Shown piece by piece: positions 34,681 to 43,555 of a DNA stretch of 64,000 nucleotides. How positions within the stretch are numbered: the stretch's first letter is position 1; every line of letters starts with the position of its first letter. The stretch lies in the sequence record MH533020.1. One strand, given 5' to 3'. The translations under genes and the position numbers were made by a program. This DNA is from Acinetobacter phage ABPH49. The notes beneath the pieces are model-generated. The model saw only the letters and a list, made by a program, of their open reading frames with translations. It was not told where the DNA came from and ran no database searches.

Positions 34681-34891
34681 AGAAATCAGTTTAGAAGACC
34701 TTCAGGAAAATCTGCGCCAAGACCTGAAGAAGCTGACCAAGTCGCAGCTGATCGAGGTGGTTATCCAATCGCAGATGCAGGTGATGGATCTGGTTTGGTC
34801 TTTGGATAACGAGAGAAAAGACCACCGCCGGTTGAAGCAGGTAGCCAGCTCCCGCCCTCTGCGCTCCGTCGGCGGGGTAACTCTCCCATGA
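34670..34891 (+). CDS. Hypothetical protein (73 aa)
   Basis: GGGAGAAG RBS. Confidence 0.5.
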   Translation: MENKEISLEDLQENLRQDLKKLTKSQLIEVVIQSQMQVMDLVWSLDNERKDHRRLKQVASSRPLRSVGGVTLP

Positions 34892-35067
34892 ATAAGCCAG
34901 ACACTGATTACTGTGCTCATGCTATCATCATCGGTCGCTGCCTTATGGGGATCTGGTCTACCAAGCACGGGGCTATCTCTGTTGCGGAGGCAATGTACCC
35001 ACACCGGGGCTGGGAGGTTACGATTGCAACGCGGGAACATTACAGACTTTTGGGGGTACGTCCATGA
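34888..35067 (+). CDS. Small protein (59 aa, MNKPDTDYCAHAIIIGRCLMG...)
   Basis: Not in the ORF track. ATGA overlaps at both ends; weak RBS. Confidence 0.35.
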   Translation: MNKPDTDYCAHAIIIGRCLMGIWSTKHGAISVAEAMYPHRGWEVTIATREHYRLLGVRP

Positions 35068-35429
35068 AAAACTACAATGAACTTTCCGACGTCCAGATCA
35101 ACCGGATGGTTGCCGGAACCTTAGGTTTCGACGAATTCGGCTTTGGATGGGTAGACGGGTATGACGGCATGTACCAGTACATGTCGAAGAAGGGATCTGA
35201 GTGGCGTTCCATGCTGCCGGATTACTGCAACAATATCGCCTACGGGGCAGAGCTGGCCTTCAACGAGAAGATCACGATCATGTTTGATGGTGGTATCAAC
35301 CCGATCGCCGGTACGGTTGATAGCGTTGGGCAGTGCTTCGAGGTATCCTTTGAGCACCTGATCGAGGACAAAAATCCTCTGCGGGCAGCGATGATCGTTT
35401 ACTTACTGAAGAAGAGGGTTTTGCTATGA
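35064..35429 (+). CDS. Hypothetical protein (121 aa)
   Basis: GGGGG RBS. Confidence 0.55.
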   Translation: MKNYNELSDVQINRMVAGTLGFDEFGFGWVDGYDGMYQYMSKKGSEWRSMLPDYCNNIAYGAELAFNEKITIMFDGGINPIAGTVDSVGQCFEVSFEHLIEDKNPLRAAMIVYLLKKRVLL

Positions 35430-35728
35430 ACACACCTGTGGTCACTGCGTTGGTAAAATACGACCTGTTCCCACATTATGTGGTATGTACCGGGACCCTC
35501 CGTAATGACGGCGGTATTCAAATGTCCGGGGCTTCTTACTATCCGGCGGGGAGCGTTCTTCGTATCCTCCCTGAATCCTGTTATCAGGAGGAACGGCGCA
35601 AGCGAGGGGAACTCGAGCGCCGCCACTCGGCAGGGGTTGAGCGTCTTCGCTATGAACTCTTGTCGGAGGCTGGGGTTTTGGAACTCGTAGGACGAGGAGA
35701 GGGGAATGGCGCGGATACGGGTTACTGA
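35426..35728 (+). CDS. Hypothetical protein (100 aa)
   Basis: ATGA overlap; GAAGAGGG RBS. Confidence 0.5.
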   Translation: MNTPVVTALVKYDLFPHYVVCTGTLRNDGGIQMSGASYYPAGSVLRILPESCYQEERRKRGELERRHSAGVERLRYELLSEAGVLELVGRGEGNGADTGY

Positions 35729-35897
35729 CCGGGGAGGCTGCTACATCCCGTCCTCTGAGATAAGAGAACTTCCAGAGGTCAAGGAAATGCAGCGCCTTGC
35801 CAAAATAATTGTTGAAAAGTCTCGGGAAATGTCTTACCGTATGTTGGAAGGATTGCCGGAGAAGATGGAAGAAGAGAACTTCAACAATCCCGAATAA
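35706..35897 (+). CDS. Hypothetical protein (63 aa)
   Basis: GGAGAGGGGA RBS. Confidence 0.5.
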   Translation: MARIRVTDRGGCYIPSSEIRELPEVKEMQRLAKIIVEKSREMSYRMLEGLPEKMEEENFNNPE

Positions 35898-35903
35898 AAG
35901 TTG

Positions 35904-35932
35904 TTGACAGCAGAAATTCACCGGGTTAATAT
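35904..35932 (+). promoter_or_regulatory. Sigma-70 promoter TTGACA-N17-TAATAT
   Basis: Seen directly upstream of the 667-aa gene. Confidence 0.55.
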
Positions 35933-35964
35933 ACTCGCACATTCACTGAAGAGGAGTTTTAAAG

Positions 35965-37968
35965 ATGGCAAATTTCGCCAAGTTCGCAGAAGCAGTTAAA
36001 GCACGTTTCGTTCAACTGGAAGCACGCGGTCTGTTCAAGGTCGAGCTGTCGAAAGACGAGATCTGGGACGCATATATGGCAGCGTTCCCGGCGGGCACCA
36101 ACGAAATGTTCCGTGAGCGCCGTGAGTACGACTGTAACACCTGTAAGCAATTCCTGCGTACCGCCGGTGGGTCTGTGGCAATCGGCGACAACGGTGAGCT
36201 GCTGTCAATCTGGGAAGTCGACGCTGAAGGTTACTACCAAGAAGTGGCCGACAAGATGGCGGCGCTGGTCAAGTCTGCTCAGATCCGTGGCAAGTTCTAC
36301 CACTACGAAAACCGTGTGGGCATGAAAGAAACCCGCAACCTGTCCAATGTGGGTGACAAAGTTGAAGTGTACAACCACTTCTACGCTCCGCTGGCAAACA
36401 GCAGTGTCAAGCGTAAAGACGACATCGCAACTCAGCTGGGCCGCGAGCGTGCCAACAAAGACGTGCTGCTGCGGACGATGGAAGAGATCAGTCTCGATTC
36501 GGCAGAAACCGTACTGGAGCTGATTGCCCAGAACAGCCTGTACCGTGGAGAAGAGCACAAGCGCACCATCGAGCTGTTTGTACGACTGAAGCGTGCGTTC
36601 GATAAAGCCGACAACAAAGACACGTTCGCGTGGGTTGAGAGCCAGAAACTGGGTGAAGCTTCCAAGATCCGTAACACCGTGATCGGCACCCTGCTGTCCG
36701 ACCTGTCAGAAGGTCAGGATCTGGAGAAGGCGGTTAAGTCGTTCGAAAGCAAAGTGGCACCGACCAACTACAAGCGCCCTACCGCGCTGGTAACTCCGGC
36801 CATGATCAAAAAGGCACAGGAGAAGGTTGAAGAGTTGGGCCTGATCGATGCACTGCCGCGCCGCTTCGCAGTGGCTACTGACCTGAACATCACGAACGTA
36901 CTGTTCGCTGACCGTTCCGTCAAGCCTGCGATGAACGTGTTCGAAGAGCTGGCGCAGGGTACCGGCGTCAAAGCCAAGGACTTCGGCAAGGTTGAAGAGA
37001 TCGGCATCGAAGACTTCCTGACCAAGGTACTGCCGTCGGCAGAATCTCTGGAAGTTCTGGTGGAGAACGGCCACACTGGCAACCTGATGAGCCTGATCGC
37101 TCCTCAGCACGCAGACGCTCCGAACCTGATGAAGTGGGGCAATAAGTTCAGCTGGTCGTACAACGGCGATGTTACCGACTCCATTAAGGAGCGTGTGAAG
37201 TCTGCCGGTGGTTGTGTCGAAGGTGCACTGCGTGTGTCTCTGGCATGGAGCAACCCGGACGATCTGGACCTGCACATGCGTACCCCGGACGGCCACCACA
37301 TCTACTACGGTAACAAGCGTGGGGGCGGTGCGGAGCTGGATCTGGACATGAACGGCATGGACAAACATGATGCCAACAACCCGGTAGAGAACATCATCTT
37401 CGTCAGCGAAGGTAAGATCAAAGAGGGTGTCTACACCGTGTGGGTAAATCAGTTCCGCCGTCGTTCTGGTGACCGTGTTGGTTTCACCGTGCAGCTGGAT
37501 CACAAAGGTACGCAGTTTGACTTCAGCCACCCGAAAGAGCACCGCTCCGGCGATGTGAATGTGGTTAAGTTCAACTACAGCCGTAAGGATGGCATCAAGA
37601 TCATCGAATCGATGCCTCATACCAAGCAGTCGAAGGAAGTGTGGGGCGTAACCACCGAGAAGTTCCAGAAGGTCAGTATGGTGATGAACTCGCCAAACCA
37701 CTGGGACGGTGAGCAGACCGGCAACAAGCACGTGTTCTTCATCCTGCAAGGTTGTAAGAACCCTGACGCGGCACGCGGCTTCTACAATGAGTACCTGCGT
37801 GGCGATCTGGAAGAGCACCGTAAAGTGTTCGAGCTGCTGGGTGGCAAGATGAAGGTTGAGCCGTCCGACGATCAACTGAGTGGTGTTGGCTTCTCCAGCA
37901 CGAACCGCAATAAAGTTGTCGTAAAAGTGACTGGAAAGGTTGCACGAACCCTGAAAGTTGTGTTCTAA
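35965..37968 (+). CDS. Large hypothetical protein (667 aa) in its own promoter-to-terminator unit
   Basis: Long ORF with a GAGGAG RBS. No recognisable catalytic motif; it is probably not structural given its place in the replication/early block. Confidence 0.8.
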   Translation: MANFAKFAEAVKARFVQLEARGLFKVELSKDEIWDAYMAAFPAGTNEMFRERREYDCNTCKQFLRTAGGSVAIGDNGELLSIWEVDAEGYYQEVADKMAALVKSAQIRGKFYHYENRVGMKETRNLSNVGDKVEVYNHFYAPLANSSVKRKDDIATQLGRERANKDVLLRTMEEISLDSAETVLELIAQNSLYRGEEHKRTIELFVRLKRAFDKADNKDTFAWVESQKLGEASKIRNTVIGTLLSDLSEGQDLEKAVKSFESKVAPTNYKRPTALVTPAMIKKAQEKVEELGLIDALPRRFAVATDLNITNVLFADRSVKPAMNVFEELAQGTGVKAKDFGKVEEIGIEDFLTKVLPSAESLEVLVENGHTGNLMSLIAPQHADAPNLMKWGNKFSWSYNGDVTDSIKERVKSAGGCVEGALRVSLAWSNPDDLDLHMRTPDGHHIYYGNKRGGGAELDLDMNGMDKHDANNPVENIIFVSEGKIKEGVYTVWVNQFRRRSGDRVGFTVQLDHKGTQFDFSHPKEHRSGDVNVVKFNYSRKDGIKIIESMPHTKQSKEVWGVTTEKFQKVSMVMNSPNHWDGEQTGNKHVFFILQGCKNPDAARGFYNEYLRGDLEEHRKVFELLGGKMKVEPSDDQLSGVGFSSTNRNKVVVKVTGKVARTLKVVF

Positions 37969-37973
37969 TACAC

Positions 37974-37998
37974 ACATGGCCCCGGTGCTCGGGGCCTA
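37974..37998 (+). terminator. Hairpin GGCCCCG-gtgct-CGGGGCC + TAAACAA
   Basis: Seen directly after the 667-aa gene. Confidence 0.5.
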
Positions 37999-38029
37999 AA
38001 CAACAAATTCCATTGAGAGGAGAATAAAG

Positions 38030-38428
38030 ATGACTACTACCGCAAACCTGTTCGAACTGGCTGCACGTCGTAAGTTCCGTTTCGAGTCCCCACGTGGCCT
38101 GCTGACCGTAGAAGACCTGTTCGAGCTGCCGCTGACCGGCAAGCTGTCCCTGAACACCGTGGCGCAGCTGGTTAACCGCGACGTTAAGGCGCTGACCGAG
38201 GAAAGCTTCGTCGATACCCCGACCATTCAGGCATCTCTGGCGACTGACAAGCTGGAACTGGTTAAGCGTGTAATCGCTATCCGTAAAGAAGAAGGCGAAC
38301 AGCAAGATCGTGCCCGCAACGCTGCGGCTCAGAAACAAATCCTGCTGGCGGCGCTGGAGCGTAAAGACCAGCAAGATATCAACGAGCTGACCCGCGAAGA
38401 GCTGCTCGCTAAGCTGAAAGACCTGTAA
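38030..38428 (+). CDS. Hypothetical protein (132 aa), monocistronic between two terminators
   Basis: GAGAGGAG RBS; Lys/Glu/Gln-rich alpha-helical composition. Confidence 0.65.
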   Translation: MTTTANLFELAARRKFRFESPRGLLTVEDLFELPLTGKLSLNTVAQLVNRDVKALTEESFVDTPTIQASLATDKLELVKRVIAIRKEEGEQQDRARNAAAQKQILLAALERKDQQDINELTREELLAKLKDL

Positions 38429-38441
38429 GGTAAAATCCCAG

Positions 38442-38470
38442 AGGCCCCTTCCGGGGCCTTTCTTACATTA
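38442..38470 (+). terminator. Intrinsic terminator GAGGCCCC-TTCC-GGGGCCTT + TCTT
   Basis: Seen directly. Confidence 0.6.
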
Positions 38471-38481
38471 GGAGAGAAGAG

Positions 38482-39021
38482 ATGATTACTATTCGTATCC
38501 CTGCTCAGATTCGTGGTGAAGAGCGAACCAACGTGAAAGACCTGAACCTTGGCTTTGTTCGCCTTTCCTCTGTGTTCCAGCACCAGTTCGACCAGAAACT
38601 GGCCCGTGCCGTTCGTGGCATCACTCTGGAAAAGCGCCCAACTGTTGGCAATACCCGATTCTTCCCGATCGACCTTGACCTGTCGCAGGAAGATATCGAA
38701 GAGTTCCGCATTGCCTCCGCCACCCAAGACCTGAGCCGATACACTACCAAGGTCCACAAGAAAGCCCAGAGTCTGGTAGACCTGATGGTTAGCCAGTGGG
38801 TAGCCATGATCCGTGATGAGCTGGCAGTATTCTCTGAGCAGAACCCGGGCAAGGCCGCCGCCGTAACTGCCGTAATCGAAGGCGCAGATACCGTGCTGAA
38901 TGAAGAAATCCTGCCGGTCAACGTGTTCCTCCGTGACTACGCCGACCGCACACCTCAGCTTCAGGTGGAAACATCTGTTAACTTCGTGGTCACCGAGGCT
39001 GAAGTAAAACAGGAAGGCTAA
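38482..39021 (+). CDS. Hypothetical protein (179 aa)
   Basis: AGGAGAG RBS. Confidence 0.6.
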   Translation: MITIRIPAQIRGEERTNVKDLNLGFVRLSSVFQHQFDQKLARAVRGITLEKRPTVGNTRFFPIDLDLSQEDIEEFRIASATQDLSRYTTKVHKKAQSLVDLMVSQWVAMIRDELAVFSEQNPGKAAAVTAVIEGADTVLNEEILPVNVFLRDYADRTPQLQVETSVNFVVTEAEVKQEG

Positions 39022-39368
39022 TGGCAAAGGTCCTCAACTTCTACAAAGAGGGCCTAAAGATCCCAGACGGTGCTGTGTACATTGGCAGGCGCATGGTTAA
39101 ACACGGGCTTTCTGCCAGCAAGTTTGCCAACCCCTTCCGTTTATCTGACGATGAACCAAGGGGTGCTACCATTGAGCGGTACCGGCACTGGCTCTGGGAA
39201 AATATCAGGTCCGGCAAGATAACAGAGAAAGATCTGCTTGCATTGGAAGGTAAAGATGTAGTATGCTTCTGTCATCCGGCACCATGTCATGGTGATGTGG
39301 TGGTAAAGGCTGTTGAATGGGCAATTAGGAGAAGAGATGAAAGATTATCGTCGTACAAAAAGAAGTGA
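39021..39368 (+). CDS. Hypothetical protein with a C-x-C-H-P-x-P-C-H-G-D motif (115 aa)
   Basis: VVCFCHPAPCHGDVVVKAV motif. I have a loose recollection that this resembles a DUF4326-type domain, but I have not verified that. Confidence 0.55.
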   Translation: MAKVLNFYKEGLKIPDGAVYIGRRMVKHGLSASKFANPFRLSDDEPRGATIERYRHWLWENIRSGKITEKDLLALEGKDVVCFCHPAPCHGDVVVKAVEWAIRRRDERLSSYKKK

Positions 39369-39753
39369 TAACTCCCCTGTCGAGTACATGATGGGCACCG
39401 GTGAGATCTGCATGGTGATTCACGCAGACGGTAATACCAACATCATGACCGATGCTGACCGTGTCGTCATTTCCACCAAGTATGCCGCAGTGGCCCTGCG
39501 TAATATGCTGAATGATGCGTATTCTCGCGGTGAGCTGGGTGTCGAACCAGAGAAGAAGGTTAGTGTATTCTGTGAGTGGGATATCGGCCAAGAGAACCTT
39601 GTGTTTAACAGCAAGGAAGAGGCTAAACAGTGGCTGATCGACAACACCAATCTGGAAGAGTGCTACGAAGAAGGCCTCGAGGGCGTTGAAGCCGTTGATG
39701 ACCTGATCGGCGCGGGTCTGGTTGGATTCACAGAACTGACTGGCGGCCACTAA
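39337..39753 (+). CDS. Hypothetical acidic protein (138 aa)
   Basis: AGGAGAAGAG RBS directly before the ATG at 39337; overlaps the previous gene by 32 nt. Confidence 0.5.
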   Translation: MKDYRRTKRSDNSPVEYMMGTGEICMVIHADGNTNIMTDADRVVISTKYAAVALRNMLNDAYSRGELGVEPEKKVSVFCEWDIGQENLVFNSKEEAKQWLIDNTNLEECYEEGLEGVEAVDDLIGAGLVGFTELTGGH

Positions 39754-40043
39754 TGCGTCGCTCAGCCCGGTTTGACACCGGCACTCCAAAATTGTTCAAA
39801 GGTTGGTTTGCGTTTGTTGGGATCATGATTGTCGCTATGGTTTCATTGACCGCAACGCATATGTATCTTGACGTGCAGGACGACATCAAGTATAACTGTC
39901 AACCTACCGGACAGCAGCGCATGGTGAACTCCATGCTGCACGCATCAGATTCGGCTATGTCCACACTGGTAGTTCAAGACCAGTTTGAATGCGACGGTGG
40001 CCGCATCAAGTGGAAAACTCAGTACAACCAGTTTGGAGGTTAA
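39753..40043 (+). CDS. Membrane-anchored protein (96 aa)
   Basis: One TM helix (WFAFVGIMIVAMVSLTA); TAATG overlap. Confidence 0.5.
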   Translation: MRRSARFDTGTPKLFKGWFAFVGIMIVAMVSLTATHMYLDVQDDIKYNCQPTGQQRMVNSMLHASDSAMSTLVVQDQFECDGGRIKWKTQYNQFGG

Positions 40044-40044
40044 A

Positions 40045-40278
40045 ATGGCACAGAACTTGCACATCAACAACTATCAAGAGCGTGTAACCATGCTGGCGCG
40101 GGAGATCTTTATTGCCGCCGGGGGTAAAATGGTACCATCGGATGCCTTCATCCACGCTAAGCGGTTCATCGAAGAACAGCAGTGGCAAGAAGATAAGGCT
40201 CGTAAGGAGTCAGAAGAGGAGTTGGCACGCACGCTGGCCCGAGCAAACAAACCACACGGGGGTACGTTACGTGGCTAA
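40045..40278 (+). CDS. Hypothetical protein (77 aa)
   Basis: GGAGG RBS 5 nt before the ATG at 40045. Confidence 0.5.
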   Translation: MAQNLHINNYQERVTMLAREIFIAAGGKMVPSDAFIHAKRFIEEQQWQEDKARKESEEELARTLARANKPHGGTLRG

Positions 40279-40285
40279 GAATCAC

Positions 40286-40885
40286 ATGATGTTGGATATT
40301 GAGACTCTCGATCTCAAACCAACGGCTGCGGTATTGAGCATCGCGGCGACATTCTTCGATCCGCTTACCGGCGAGCTGGGTGAAAGCTTTGATAAGCAGA
40401 TCAACCTGAAGTCGTGCACGGACCTCGGCCTGACTGTTGATCCTTCCACAATTATGTGGTGGATGGAGCAGTCGAAGGAGGCTCAGGACGCCTTCAAAGG
40501 TAACAACAAGGCGCAGGCCTTGTCAGAGGTACTCATCAACTTCCACAACTGGGTAACTCTGCATAGAGGCTATCTGTTTTCAGATGGTGAGTCAGACCTC
40601 TGTGTATGGGGAAACGGCAAAGACTTCGATTGCGTAATCATCGAAAATGCCTACCTCGCTGCGGGGATTAAACGCCTGTGCCCTTGGAAATTCTGGGAAA
40701 CAATGGATGTTAGAACCCTTGTCCAGCTCGGGTCAATGGCTGGTGTTCCTGACTTCAAGAAAATGGCACTTGACAACTTCAAAGGTGTCAAGCACAATGC
40801 TCTCGATGACGTGCAGAACCAGATTAAGTACGTTGTCCAGTACACACAGGCGCTGGTAGGCAAAGGTGGTGTTGATGCTCAGTAA
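40286..40885 (+). CDS. DEDDh (DnaQ-like) 3'-5' exonuclease (199 aa)
   Basis: Exo I MMLDIETLD; DGESD (Exo II region); HNALDDV (Exo III with His). Start at the first ATG after the upstream stop. Confidence 0.75.
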   Translation: MMLDIETLDLKPTAAVLSIAATFFDPLTGELGESFDKQINLKSCTDLGLTVDPSTIMWWMEQSKEAQDAFKGNNKAQALSEVLINFHNWVTLHRGYLFSDGESDLCVWGNGKDFDCVIIENAYLAAGIKRLCPWKFWETMDVRTLVQLGSMAGVPDFKKMALDNFKGVKHNALDDVQNQIKYVVQYTQALVGKGGVDAQ

Positions 40886-41396
40886 ATTGAAAGCGTGGTT
40901 CGCCAAGTGGCTGCATGGTAAAGTTGAAAAGGTTTCGGTTCAGGATCCTTATCTTCGACAATTCGTAACTTTGGAAAAGGAACGAAAAGAAGATGTTTCC
41001 CCGACCGGACGTCGAAATCTTGAAGCCCTTCGGCACCAAAAAGAGATCGACAAAGCCATCTCGCAGATGGCGAGTCTTCGCAAACGAAACATCGTGAAGC
41101 CGAAGCCGGGTAACCACCCGGGTTGGCGTAGCCAAGGATCTCCATACGACGCTACGTTTGGTATTCGTTCGAATGAAAGACCGCGCCAGAGTGATGGTGG
41201 AACTATTGACCCGGCAACCGCCGTGACAATGGGATACATGCTGGGTTCTATGCCTGATGTGTCTACCTCACACTCAACGCGGTCCAGCAGCAGTAGTGAT
41301 AGCTGTGATTACCACAGCAGTCATAGCAGCTCATCATCGAGCAGTTATGACAGCAGCTCTTACGACAGTGGGTCTTCCTACTCAAGTTCAAGCTGA
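40875..41396 (+). CDS. Hypothetical protein with an extreme Ser-rich C-terminal tail (173 aa)
   Basis: C-terminal STSHSTRSSSSSDSCDYHSSHSSSSSSSYDSSSYDSGSSYSSSS; GGTGG RBS. Confidence 0.55.
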   Translation: MLSKLKAWFAKWLHGKVEKVSVQDPYLRQFVTLEKERKEDVSPTGRRNLEALRHQKEIDKAISQMASLRKRNIVKPKPGNHPGWRSQGSPYDATFGIRSNERPRQSDGGTIDPATAVTMGYMLGSMPDVSTSHSTRSSSSSDSCDYHSSHSSSSSSSYDSSSYDSGSSYSSSS

Positions 41397-41445
41397 GATT
41401 AAACCGAGCAAACGCTCATCATAAACTGGGAATAGGAGAAGTATC

Positions 41446-41838
41446 ATGGGAACACAAACAAACAAAGCGCCACAACGACTGACCGACGAAGAGTTTCAGG
41501 GTTGCCTGAAGCACTGGCCTACCGCTTATGCCACCGGGCAGAGCGAAGACCCACATCAGTTGTTTGCGTCATTGATGGGCGTAACTCGTAACGAGGCCAA
41601 GCGCATTTCGTGGACTTACATCTACACGAACAAAAAGCCGTGGGTTATGGACCACATGGCTTACGAACGGCACCGTATCAGCGTCCTGTCTCGAGAACTG
41701 ATCAAGATGCACCGTGCCAACGGGGTGGACATGTCAGTTTATCAACTGCTCAATTGGGCGGATGACGAGGTTCAAAAAGAGAAAGCGGCCCGGGCAGAAC
41801 GTATTGCCAAGCAAAAGGAGGAGGCTAAAAATGTTTGA
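41446..41838 (+). CDS. Hypothetical protein (130 aa)
   Basis: AGGAGAAG RBS. Confidence 0.6.
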   Translation: MGTQTNKAPQRLTDEEFQGCLKHWPTAYATGQSEDPHQLFASLMGVTRNEAKRISWTYIYTNKKPWVMDHMAYERHRISVLSRELIKMHRANGVDMSVYQLLNWADDEVQKEKAARAERIAKQKEEAKNV

Positions 41839-42124
41839 TCTTCTTATCACGATCTCTACTCCGCCGACAGGTAGCGTCCTCCTGTCCGCGATCCTGAAGG
41901 TATTCTTCACGGCGGCACTGATCAGCCTGTTCATCCTCCCGATGATAATTGCTGGTGCCCGCCGGGTTAAGAACTGGTTCTGGACCAGCATGTTCGTCTG
42001 GATCAGTGTCCTTCCGTTGGTGATCCCTTCGAAAGACCCCGGGATGGCGGTCTTGTGGCTGGTATGCTGGCTGATTGCGATGGTGACCAGCGTGCTGATG
42101 CCTACGGAAAAAGAGCATCAATGA
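41831..42124 (+). CDS. Membrane protein (97 aa, 3 TM)
   Basis: AAGGAGGAGG RBS before the ATG at 41831. The track ORF 41714-42124 has an unsupported N-terminal extension. Confidence 0.55.
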   Translation: MFDLLITISTPPTGSVLLSAILKVFFTAALISLFILPMIIAGARRVKNWFWTSMFVWISVLPLVIPSKDPGMAVLWLVCWLIAMVTSVLMPTEKEHQ

Positions 42125-42128
42125 AAAT

Positions 42129-42154
42129 AAACCGCCTTCGGGCGGTTTTTTCGT
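42129..42154 (+). terminator. Intrinsic terminator AACCGCC-TTCG-GGCGGTT + TTTTCG
   Basis: Seen directly. Confidence 0.7.
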
Positions 42155-42164
42155 ATCTGGGGTA

Positions 42165-42193
42165 TTGACTTCGGGTTTTGGAACACTTAATAT
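42165..42193 (+). promoter_or_regulatory. Sigma-70 promoter TTGACT-N17-TAATAT
   Basis: Near-identical to the promoter at 9945 (TTGACTTCGG...TAATAT). Confidence 0.55.
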
Positions 42194-42223
42194 GGGTTCT
42201 CAAACAACAGAGGAGGATAGTAA

Positions 42224-42550
42224 ATGAGCGAGATTACTTTGGAAAACGTAAGCTTGGTAACTGCACCACCTGCAAAGATTCAGGATGCAATCGAACTTCG
42301 TCGCCAGCTGGGTGAGGCGATCAAGAGCTACGGCAAGCCGGTCGCCACAGAACTGACTGACGACGTCCTGTTGCACTTCTCCCGCTGCAACCACAGCGTG
42401 ATCATGGACGACATCGTAAAACGTATGCGTGTCCTGAGCGACCTGAAGAAGGCCCGATCTAACGATACAGACGTCCTCAGCGAAATGCACCAAGGCACTT
42501 TGCTGGCGGTAAAGATCCGCATCGACGAGGAAAAACTCCTAGAGAAATAA
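42224..42550 (+). CDS. Hypothetical protein (108 aa)
   Basis: GAGGAGGA RBS. Confidence 0.6.
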   Translation: MSEITLENVSLVTAPPAKIQDAIELRRQLGEAIKSYGKPVATELTDDVLLHFSRCNHSVIMDDIVKRMRVLSDLKKARSNDTDVLSEMHQGTLLAVKIRIDEEKLLEK

Positions 42551-42553
42551 AGC

Positions 42554-42585
42554 TTGACACCGTCGCCCAGTGCGGTAAACTGGGC
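42554..42585 (+). promoter_or_regulatory. TTGACA + GCCCAGT-gcggtaa-ACTGGGC hairpin module (same family as the 732-767 module)
   Basis: Seen directly; no clear -10 at canonical spacing. Confidence 0.3.
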
Positions 42586-42614
42586 ACTCAATAACTTATA
42601 TGGGAGTAAACAAC

Positions 42615-43295
42615 ATGTTATTTAATCGCAACGAAGTCGTATTTGGTCGCACCATCGAGAAGCCATCTCAGGATGACATCAAGAACACAATGGGCCTGTG
42701 GAACGCATCAGTCGAAGACGCCATCAAGTTTGGTGGGGACGTTACCAGAGCTGCCATTCAGGCCATGAACCTGCGTGGAGACTACAAGCACATTGTTGTC
42801 GATGTCAAAACCCACATGCTGATGCCCAACATGATCCCTGCGATCCCGGGCTGGCACACTGATGGCGTACCGCGCGGTGCAGACCTGAACCCGGCCAGTA
42901 AAGGTGACCCGAACATCTATGCACAGGAAACCATGCGTAGCCCTCGGTATCACCTTCTGGTCACCGGGGGCAACTGCCCAACTCGCTTCATCCGTGACCG
43001 CGATATCGAGATCGGTATCGAGAATGGTCATAACCCTAAGCTCTACTCTGACATCAGCGCTTATGTCAAGCTTCGCGAGGGCCGGGGTTGGTTTGATACC
43101 TACGACGCGCCGGACTCTCAGGTGGTCGAGTGGGATTGGTGGGAATTGCACACCGCACAGCGTGCCCGGGGTCATGGTTGGCGCTATCTGATCCGCGTAA
43201 CAGAGACGGACCACATTGCACCGCAAACGGATCTTCGTCAGGTACTTCGCACACAACAACAAGTCTACATGCCTACGGAGGTGTTCGGGTGGTAA
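42615..43295 (+). CDS. Putative 2OG-Fe(II) oxygenase / cupin-like protein (226 aa)
   Basis: PGWHTDG (HxD) with a distal His in HGWRY, consistent with the HxD...H iron-binding facial triad. Weak, motif-only call. GGGAG RBS before the ATG at 42615. Confidence 0.45.
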   Translation: MLFNRNEVVFGRTIEKPSQDDIKNTMGLWNASVEDAIKFGGDVTRAAIQAMNLRGDYKHIVVDVKTHMLMPNMIPAIPGWHTDGVPRGADLNPASKGDPNIYAQETMRSPRYHLLVTGGNCPTRFIRDRDIEIGIENGHNPKLYSDISAYVKLREGRGWFDTYDAPDSQVVEWDWWELHTAQRARGHGWRYLIRVTETDHIAPQTDLRQVLRTQQQVYMPTEVFGW

Positions 43296-43555
43296 AGGAA
43301 AAGTATGAAATACAAATGTTCGACATAGTCAGGATTATCTGTGTCGACGAACACGGGTTTATGCGGGACGTTGTTAAAACAGGTGTCCCGCTAGATGAAG
43401 ACCTCGTTGTCGTTGAGATTTACCACGACATCCGCTTCGGCTGGCGATATGTGGTAGGTGAAGGGTCTTATCCTTTTGACGTCTACGATGTTGGGGAGCG
43501 GGAGATTTACGAAGTTAATCATCCCCCGGAGGTATTCCATGTCGCAAAATACTAA
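43289..43555 (+). CDS. Hypothetical protein (88 aa; GTG start)
   Basis: GGAGG RBS 7 nt before the GTG at 43289. In-frame part of the track ORF 43130-43555. Confidence 0.4.
   Translation: MVKEKYEIQMFDIVRIICVDEHGFMRDVVKTGVPLDEDLVVVEIYHDIRFGWRYVVGEGSYPFDVYDVGEREIYEVNHPPEVFHVAKY

Noticed and set aside
35965-37968. The 667-aa protein as portal or large terminase.
   Set aside because: No Walker ATPase or nuclease motifs (terminase), and no portal-like features could be recognised. It lies in the rightward non-structural block with its own early-type promoter. I leave it as an unknown function.
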